Assembly: GCA_018716885.1 (NCBI GenBank)
Contig: DVJI01000013.1
Location: 10,794 to 74,793 of the forward strand
Source: Candidatus Enterousia intestinigallinarum
GTDB taxonomy: Bacteria; Pseudomonadota; Alphaproteobacteria; Rs-D84
Length of the DNA stretch: 64,000 bases
Reading direction: 5' to 3'
Positions 57,464 through 64,000 of the stretch are shown here, piece after piece. Positions within the stretch are counted from its first letter, which is position 1. Each line of letters begins with the position of its first letter. The notes beneath the pieces were generated by a model. That model worked only from the letters and a program-made list of their open reading frames with translations, did no database searches and was not told where the DNA came from. The position numbers and the translations under genes were made by a program.

Positions 57464-59404
57464 CTATTTTTTATTATCATCACTTGCGTTATTTTTGCCC
57501 ACACCGTCAAAAACATTATTTATTAAAACATCACCAACCGCACCACCGGCAACACCCGCACCACCAACAATAGCACCTGTTTTTAATTGCGATGATGTAT
57601 CGGACTTCTGCGCCGCCCATTCTGCCGCATCCGCGCCAGTCGGATCAGACAACGCGCGTGACAATGACGTATATGCACCGTCGGTTATACCAGTCGCCGC
57701 ATTGTCGTACAAACCAGACGTCGCCGCATCCAGAATAACTTCGGATTCTATACCTGGGGTCATACCAAGGGCCTCTTTGCGCGTTTTCAAATCTGCCGCT
57801 AATGTCGTATATTCGTTATATATTGGCAATAATACATTTGCGCCGGGCAGTTGTATATTTGTTTCGCCACCGCTGATTGTCATACCATGGCCATAGTCGC
57901 ATTTGAACGTTGCAAGATACGCCGCCATATCACGTTCGGCGTCCGCATCGGCATTTTGTTCGGCCAGTGCGGATGCTACCTGCATCCCGCCAATACCACC
58001 GGCACCGATTGCCGCCGCACCCAGCATACGATTCGCTAATGATTGTTCGCGCGCTTTTGCCTCTTCATACGCTTTCTTAGCTTGTCGCCAATTTTCTAAT
58101 TGTGTATCGTACCGAACTAAGTTATCCAAAATATCAAATATTTCTGCGTCAGTTGTATCTGCCGTAACAGTGCCGATTGCATCTATTACTTGATTACCCA
58201 AATTATCAATTTGCTGTTTCTCTTTTTCCAGCAGTTCCCCCGTATCGTCTGCGACAGCAACATCTGGCGCACCAGACGCATCAACAAAACTTGCAACTGG
58301 CAATAAATTTTCCCGCGAACCATCGGCGTCAATTACACCCGTTGGATTCACAGATTGTACACGATTATCTGGCATAGATGCCGGCACATCAATTTTATCT
58401 ATTTTTGCAGCATCAGATACAGAACCGTTTTTCCAAACTTTTCGACCACTTATAATATCCCCCAAAACATCCTGTGCTGGTGATGTTTTTTGCATTTCTT
58501 TCAATGCAGCCATCCAATTTGATGATGCAGAATACAAAGTTTCATTTTCACCAAATTCGTTCGCATCAAAAGAAGTCCTTGACCTTGACACAACCCCATA
58601 TACCTGATTGTCATTTGTCCACGCGGCACCACCAGAATTTCCCTGTGACAGTTGACAATTTCCGTTATAAGACACAGCAAGTGTTTGTTTTGTCCTGTCC
58701 ACAACACTAATGTTACCAACCCCTGTCAGTTCACAAGCTGTGTCCGCCTTTAACCTAAATCTTTTTTTCCCGGACGAAACATCCCAATCTCTTAATTCTT
58801 TACCATCCAGCAATGTTGTAAATTCATCATAGAATTGTTCTAAATAAGTTTCTGCGCTTTCATAAGACGCCACATTGTGTTCTGACAATTTTTTATGTAT
58901 TTTTTGTATTTCATCTGGCGCCAATATCCTAAGCCAACCAAATCCAGCGATACTAACAGGTACAGGAAACCTTGCATCATTTTTTTTCAAAGAATCTGGA
59001 AAAGAATCAAAATAGTCCCGGCTAAAAAATCGACCATCTGTTACGCGCAACAACGCCCAGTCATCAGACAAAGAGGTTCCATATTTTTCTAAAACAACCC
59101 AAGTTTCTCTGCCATCGTATGTCTCTATTGGTATTTTTTCACCAACCATTTGATTGCCGTCATATCCTGTACTATAAATCAAACAATGGCGTGCCGTTAA
59201 AATTATATCTGGCGCAACATATTGCCCAGCACAAGTCACAGAAACCCAATCAGCCGAGAAAGTATTTCCCTTTATCAATACAATTTTGTTATACGGCGCC
59301 GCAGCCCAATCAACATATTCACGTTCGTCGTATGAACCAATATATGCACGTGCCGCGCACGGCACAAATAACAATGCAATAAAAAGAGTCCTGTAAAGAA
59401 ACAA
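57464..59404 (-). CDS. Secreted trypsin-like (S1) serine protease with a 400-aa C-terminal extension
   Basis: Signal peptide. Catalytic triad TARHC, DWALL, GNSGGA. Coiled-coil and Gly-rich C-terminus. Confidence 0.6.
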   Translation of the reverse strand: MFLYRTLFIALLFVPCAARAYIGSYDEREYVDWAAAPYNKIVLIKGNTFSADWVSVTCAGQYVAPDIILTARHCLIYSTGYDGNQMVGEKIPIETYDGRETWVVLEKYGTSLSDDWALLRVTDGRFFSRDYFDSFPDSLKKNDARFPVPVSIAGFGWLRILAPDEIQKIHKKLSEHNVASYESAETYLEQFYDEFTTLLDGKELRDWDVSSGKKRFRLKADTACELTGVGNISVVDRTKQTLAVSYNGNCQLSQGNSGGAAWTNDNQVYGVVSRSRTSFDANEFGENETLYSASSNWMAALKEMQKTSPAQDVLGDIISGRKVWKNGSVSDAAKIDKIDVPASMPDNRVQSVNPTGVIDADGSRENLLPVASFVDASGAPDVAVADDTGELLEKEKQQIDNLGNQVIDAIGTVTADTTDAEIFDILDNLVRYDTQLENWRQAKKAYEEAKAREQSLANRMLGAAAIGAGGIGGMQVASALAEQNADADAERDMAAYLATFKCDYGHGMTISGGETNIQLPGANVLLPIYNEYTTLAADLKTRKEALGMTPGIESEVILDAATSGLYDNAATGITDGAYTSLSRALSDPTGADAAEWAAQKSDTSSQLKTGAIVGGAGVAGGAVGDVLINNVFDGVGKNNASDDNKK

Positions 59405-59493
59405 TTTTTCATAAACTATATTTCTTTATATTATACCATAAAGTTTGAAACAAAAAAAGCCGGTGTTTCCCGGCTTTTTATATATCTTAAAAA

Positions 59494-59796
59494 TTATTTC
59501 GCTACCTGTTTACTGGTCGATTTTTTGACCTGTTTTTTAACACCAACCCTGCCGGCTTTTACCGGCTTTTTCGTTACTTTTTTGACATCATTTGATGATT
59601 GCGTGGCATTTTTTGCCTGTTCGGCCTTTGCCGGCGAAATTTCACCTTTTTTGGACTTGTCCTTTAATTCCTTCTTAAATACATTTATCCCATCGGCCAG
59701 ATTTTTCATCATACCCGGTATTTTATTGTGCCCGAACAAAATCAGTACTAACACAACAATTACTAGTATTTCGGCCCAGCCAAAGCGTCCAAACAT
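59494..59796 (-). CDS. tatA: Twin-arginine translocase subunit TatA/E
   Basis: MFGRFGWAEILVIVVLVLILFG.KIP...FKK. Lys-rich tail. Confidence 0.75.
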   Translation of the reverse strand: MFGRFGWAEILVIVVLVLILFGHNKIPGMMKNLADGINVFKKELKDKSKKGEISPAKAEQAKNATQSSNDVKKVTKKPVKAGRVGVKKQVKKSTSKQVAK

Positions 59797-59812
59797 TTTA
59801 TCCCCCGTTACA

Positions 59813-60640
59813 TTATTTTGTTACATAACATTCCAGACCATCGGCCTTGGCATTACGGCAGAAATTATTCGCATCTGCCGCCGCATTAAATCCAACACGT
59901 AATCTGTACGCCGTTGTACCGTTCGGCAGGACAGCCGCCAGTATCACAAACTGATGCCCATTAAACAAGTTTTGATGTGACGCACGTAACTGACGCTGAC
60001 CACTTTCCGCCAATGCACGCGTACTATACGATCCAATTTGGGCATACCAGGCGTATGTGCGTGTAGTATTTTGTGCACGCTGGGCCGCCTTGGCCGGTTG
60101 CGTATTGCGCGCTGGCTGTGCCTTGGCCGCGGGCTTTGCGGCAGGTTTTGCCGCCGGTTGTGCCGCTGGCTTATCAGGGTTAAACGTGACTTCCTTTCTA
60201 TCTTCTATCACACGAACCGGTACGCCGGGCGTAGTATTTTGAACCGCCGGCTGTGCCACTGGCTGCGGCGCAGGTTGAACGACTGGCGCTGGCTTTTGTA
60301 CTGGTTGTGGCGCAACCTGTGGTGCGGGTTGCGGCGCCGCGGCAACATTTGCCGGTGTTGGTGCGGTCGACGGACCAACAACCAATGGCGCAGCAGAATC
60401 CACCCCGTCAACAATAACGGCCGGTGCGTCCAAATCAACTTCCATCGTGGAATTGGAATCATCCCCAACGATGCGAATAATGACGTACGTCGCCAATATG
60501 ATAATCAACACACCAATCGCCATCAACAGCCACGGCTTTTTCGGGCGCGGTGCAGCAAACGGTGCCGCTTCCGGCAATGCATCCGTAGAATCGGCGTCGT
60601 CATTCAAATCCAATAAATCCAAATTATCATCGTTGTTCAT
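59813..60640 (-). CDS. SPOR-domain (peptidoglycan-binding) bitopic protein, DedD/FtsN-like
   Basis: TM helix. PAQ-rich linker. C-terminal SPOR domain (YAWYAQIGSY...YRLRVGFN). Confidence 0.7.
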   Translation of the reverse strand: MNNDDNLDLLDLNDDADSTDALPEAAPFAAPRPKKPWLLMAIGVLIIILATYVIIRIVGDDSNSTMEVDLDAPAVIVDGVDSAAPLVVGPSTAPTPANVAAAPQPAPQVAPQPVQKPAPVVQPAPQPVAQPAVQNTTPGVPVRVIEDRKEVTFNPDKPAAQPAAKPAAKPAAKAQPARNTQPAKAAQRAQNTTRTYAWYAQIGSYSTRALAESGQRQLRASHQNLFNGHQFVILAAVLPNGTTAYRLRVGFNAAADANNFCRNAKADGLECYVTK

Positions 60641-60701
60641 CAGGATTCCCCCATAGTTCTTTGTGATACATTATATCATAAAAAACCGTATTTTCCAAAG
60701 A

Positions 60702-60858
60702 TTATGTAAGCAAATTTACTTTGGCATCTGACCAAAATTTGGCGGTACAATCAGTTTATGATTTTCTTCAACAATCGGTTCACTTTCACATTTTGTGGCG
60801 CACGCAGATAAAATCATAGACGTCAAACAAATCATCAATAAAAACAGTGCTTTTTTCA
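60702..60858 (-). CDS. Small lipoprotein (52 aa), hypothetical
   Basis: MKKALFLLMICLTSMILSAC... with lipobox LSAC. RBS aggaag. Lies between thrS and the SPOR gene. Confidence 0.3.
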
Positions 60859-60929
60859 TATATCCTTCCTTTGGGTTTTATACATATTATAATGGCGCGG
60901 AATAACCGCGCCATATTTTTTTATACCTT

Positions 60930-62663
60930 TTAGTTCGGCATTTTTACCGCATCGCGCATTTGTGCGACAAAATCGTCCAGCGACACGGTTTCTTGTTTTT
61001 CCACCCCCAGACGACGCAACGTTACACTGCGGTCTGCGCTTTCTTTTTCACCGACAACGGCGATAATCGGTGTTTTAGCCAGCGACAATTCGCGGATTTT
61101 ATAGTTCACCTTTTCATCGCGCAAATCGGCGCGCGCATATACCCCCGCCGCACGCAACGCATCAACAACATCCACCGCATATTCACGGAATTTTTCAGAA
61201 ATCGGGGTTACAACGACCGGTTCCGGCGACAGCCACAACGGCAGATTTCCACCCGTCGATTCTAACAGGATGCCCATAAATCTTTCAATCGATCCCAACA
61301 TTGCACGATGCAGCATAATCGGACGATGCTTTTCACCGTCTTCACCGATATAGGACAAATCAAACCGTTCCGGCAGATTCATATCCAACTGTACGGTACC
61401 ACACTGCCACGTGCGTCCCAGTGCGTCTTTCAAATAGTTATCGATTTTGGGTCCATAAAACGCGGCGTCCCCTGGGGCAATTTCATATTCGATACCGTTT
61501 GCATCCAGCGCGTGTTTTAATGCGCCCTCGGCCTTGTCCCAGATTTCATCGGAACCGATGCGAAATTCAGAATCCTTGCGCGTGGCCAATTTCATTGAAA
61601 TCTTGTCAAATCCGAATTTTGCATAAATATCCTTGATAAAGCGCAGAATTTTTACAACTTCGGCCTCTAACTGTTCTTCGGTACAGAAAATATGCGCATC
61701 ATCCTGGGTAAATTCACGTACACGCATCAGTCCGGACAGACCACCGGCGGCCTCGTACCGATTTACCTTGCCAAATTCTGCCAGGTACATTGGCAAATCC
61801 TTGTATGATTTTATACCCTGCCCGAACACCAACATTCCACCCGGACAAGACATCGGCTTTACACAGAAAGTTTTGCCATCCTGGGTTTTACCTGAATAGT
61901 TATGTTCGCCATACTTTGCCCAATGTCCGCTGCGTTCCCACAGTGATCTGTCCATAACGGACGGGGTTGATATTTCCTGATACCCGGCCAGTTCCTGGCG
62001 ATGACGGATATATTCAATCAATTTACGATAAATTTTGTACCCGTGGTCGTGCCAGAACACCGCCCCCGGCGCATAGTCCGGTTCAAAATGGAACAAATCC
62101 ATATCTTTGCCCAGTTTGCGGTTATCACGCGCAGCGGCCTCTTCCTGCATTTTCAGGAATTCATCTAATTCTTCTTTGGACGCAAATGCATCAACATAAA
62201 TACGCTGCAATATTTTATTTTTTGCATCGCCCTTCCAGTATGCGCCGGCAACATTACGAATTTTGAACCCATCGCGTGGCAGATCACGCGAACTTTCCAC
62301 GTGCGGCCCGCGACACAGGTCAACAAAATCACGGAAAGTGTACACAGACAACTGTTCCCCGGCCGCATCATATTCGTTCAACCATTCCATTTTATATGGT
62401 TGGTTTGCAAAAATCTGTTTGGCTTCGTCCAATGATACAAACCGCTGTTCGAATCGACCGTTTGATTTGATTAAATCGCGCATTTCTTTTTCTATTTTGG
62501 CAAAATCATCTTCGGAAAAACGGTGTTCAGTATCAAAATCGTAATAAAACCCGTTTTCAATCGCGGGACCACCCGCAAATTTAACATCTGGATACAACTT
62601 CTGAACCGCCGCCGCCATAACGTGCGCCAACGAATGCCGAATCGTTTCAATTGGATATGACAT
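60930..62663 (-). CDS. thrS: Threonine--tRNA ligase (N-terminally compact)
   Basis: Class II motifs. Zn-binding editing/HxxxH region. Anticodon-binding C-terminus. 577 aa. Confidence 0.9.
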   Translation of the reverse strand: MSYPIETIRHSLAHVMAAAVQKLYPDVKFAGGPAIENGFYYDFDTEHRFSEDDFAKIEKEMRDLIKSNGRFEQRFVSLDEAKQIFANQPYKMEWLNEYDAAGEQLSVYTFRDFVDLCRGPHVESSRDLPRDGFKIRNVAGAYWKGDAKNKILQRIYVDAFASKEELDEFLKMQEEAAARDNRKLGKDMDLFHFEPDYAPGAVFWHDHGYKIYRKLIEYIRHRQELAGYQEISTPSVMDRSLWERSGHWAKYGEHNYSGKTQDGKTFCVKPMSCPGGMLVFGQGIKSYKDLPMYLAEFGKVNRYEAAGGLSGLMRVREFTQDDAHIFCTEEQLEAEVVKILRFIKDIYAKFGFDKISMKLATRKDSEFRIGSDEIWDKAEGALKHALDANGIEYEIAPGDAAFYGPKIDNYLKDALGRTWQCGTVQLDMNLPERFDLSYIGEDGEKHRPIMLHRAMLGSIERFMGILLESTGGNLPLWLSPEPVVVTPISEKFREYAVDVVDALRAAGVYARADLRDEKVNYKIRELSLAKTPIIAVVGEKESADRSVTLRRLGVEKQETVSLDDFVAQMRDAVKMPN

Positions 62664-62850
62664 AATAAAATCCTTATAATTTATAAAGTAAAATTGAATT
62701 GTTATTGATTATTGCACTGCGCGGATAAAACCGCAAATAGAATCTACACCCCCGCGGGGGTTGTTGTAGTTGTTGTAAAGAAAACGCAAATATTATTCAT
62801 AACCCTATAAATAATAGTACTATTAAAAATAAATGTCAAATAACACACAT

Positions 62851-63357
62851 TTAATTAATTTCAATCTCTTCTTCAACCTCTTCTTCAAAAGAATCAGAAT
62901 CATCGTAACGGCAATCTTCTGAAAAAACATAACTGCCAGCACTGTCCGCACATATGGCATCAACGCCATAATAACACCCTGTTATACCTGCGCCTTCGGT
63001 ACTGTGCGGACCACGAAGACACCCATTCAACGTCGGACAATCCAAACACTGGGCCAATATTCCCACCATTCCATTGTGATATTGCCCATCTTCACAAACC
63101 AACTCTTCTTCAATGCATTCACAGGTGTCTGGGTCCACTGTACCAAAACATATTTTTGCTGGGTCACATACACATTCAAGTGCATCTGCATCCCAAACCT
63201 TGCCATCGCCACAGTCTGGTTCAACCTCTCCCATACAATAATCGGGGTCATATTCACATTGCAAACAACTGGCACCTGAATATTTCACACATTTATAGCA
63301 ATCTGGGCATACCGTATCCACCGCCACAGATGCACCCGTTGAAAAACCAATCAACAT
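62851..63357 (-). CDS. Cys-rich acidic protein (related to the Cys-rich family)
   Basis: 26 Cys. GITGCYYG motif. C-terminal poly-Glu tail. Weak signal peptide. Confidence 0.4.
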   Translation of the reverse strand: MLIGFSTGASVAVDTVCPDCYKCVKYSGASCLQCEYDPDYCMGEVEPDCGDGKVWDADALECVCDPAKICFGTVDPDTCECIEEELVCEDGQYHNGMVGILAQCLDCPTLNGCLRGPHSTEGAGITGCYYGVDAICADSAGSYVFSEDCRYDDSDSFEEEVEEEIEIN

Positions 63358-63518
63358 AATAAACCCACCGATTTATTTCGGCACAACAGAAAGGAATAAA
63401 AATGCAGTTTTTCAGTGTTTTCAAAACAATAAAAACACCGATATTAATCGGTGGTTTATTTTCGGCATATCTTTTGTGTACATTATATCAATCTGTGCGC
63501 CCCACCCGCAAGACTTTT

Positions 63519-63974
63519 TTATAAATCAATTATGCAACCAAACAGCACGGCGAAAAAGAAGCACACACTGCCCCCTATTACAAACAGATGCCAAATTGCG
63601 TGTGAATACTTCATACGTCGCCACAAATAGAATATTACACCCAATGAATAAGACAGTCCACCCGCCAATATAAACCATAACCCGCGTGGCGGAATATTAT
63701 GCAACATTGCTGGCAATATAAACAGCAGCGTCCACCCCATAACCAGATACAGTGCGACAACCCATTTCGGCTGATTGTGCGGATTACGCATTTTCATAAT
63801 CGCGCCCAGGATTACAATCGCCCACAATATTCCAAACACGGTCCACCCCAGGCCCCCACGTAAATTCACCAGTAAAAACGGTGTGTACGTACCGGCAATC
63901 AGCGCATAAATGGCAACACTGTCCCATACTTCGAAAAAGCATTCGCCGCGCCGGCCTATTGTCGCGTGGCACAT
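63519..63974 (-). CDS. Hemolysin III / PAQR family membrane protein (N-terminus probably beyond the window)
   Basis: Multi-TM protein with a conserved HxxxH-containing C-terminal helix region. Confidence 0.6.
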   Translation of the reverse strand: MCHATIGRRGECFFEVWDSVAIYALIAGTYTPFLLVNLRGGLGWTVFGILWAIVILGAIMKMRNPHNQPKWVVALYLVMGWTLLFILPAMLHNIPPRGLWFILAGGLSYSLGVIFYLWRRMKYSHAIWHLFVIGGSVCFFFAVLFGCIIDL

Positions 63975-64000
63975 TGTTGAACCAAAATACAGCGTTATCA

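Overview
This 64-kb window is chromosomal DNA from a diderm (Gram-negative) bacterium. GC is moderate and gene packing is dense. Many textbook operons are fragmented: dnaA is not next to dnaN, ftsL-ftsI is followed by recJ, suf is split into two loci, and gatCAB is interrupted by a tRNA. I cannot place the lineage from sequence alone.

Most genes are housekeeping. Annotated here are plsC (3' end), tolB, fba, efp, ppa, dnaN, cdaA, an asmA-family gene, an RluA-family synthase, uvrC, pgsA, dnaJ, parE, dnaA, dprA, plsY, rpsT, sufBC, an AI-2E transporter, ruvX, gatC/gatA/gatB, miaB, tatABC, lolA, nrnA, recJ, ftsI, ftsL, sufS/sufT/sufE, trxA, dksA, a SPOR-domain protein, thrS, and tRNA-Phe(GAA) and tRNA-Lys(CTT).

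The striking accessory content is a multigene family of small secreted cysteine-rich proteins with at least five small members plus related larger ones. They carry a eukaryote-like Cys spacing: CxxGY[YF]G ... CxxCP ... ITxCY[IL] ... CYY[SET] at the C-terminus. Two members share a 100% identical 93-nt 5' cassette placed directly behind sigma70-like promoters. The cassette contains an intrinsic-terminator-like hairpin and encodes an identical 31-aa N-terminal peptide. Downstream of it the genes have diverged.

Other non-core items:
- An orphan secretin lipoprotein plus a TcpQ/PilL-like partner (type IVb / thin-pilus-like), with a Cys-rich paralog and a candidate sRNA immediately downstream.
- A type IV pilin-like gene and a VirB2/TrbC-like pilin-like gene.
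- An autotransporter.
- A trypsin-like protease with a long C-terminal extension.
- An RHH-regulator plus a 316-aa unknown two-gene module with promoter and operator.
- A tRNA-Lys 3'-end duplication scar.
- A short direct repeat flanking an oleate hydratase gene pair.
- A hairpin-rich composite repeat between fba and efp.
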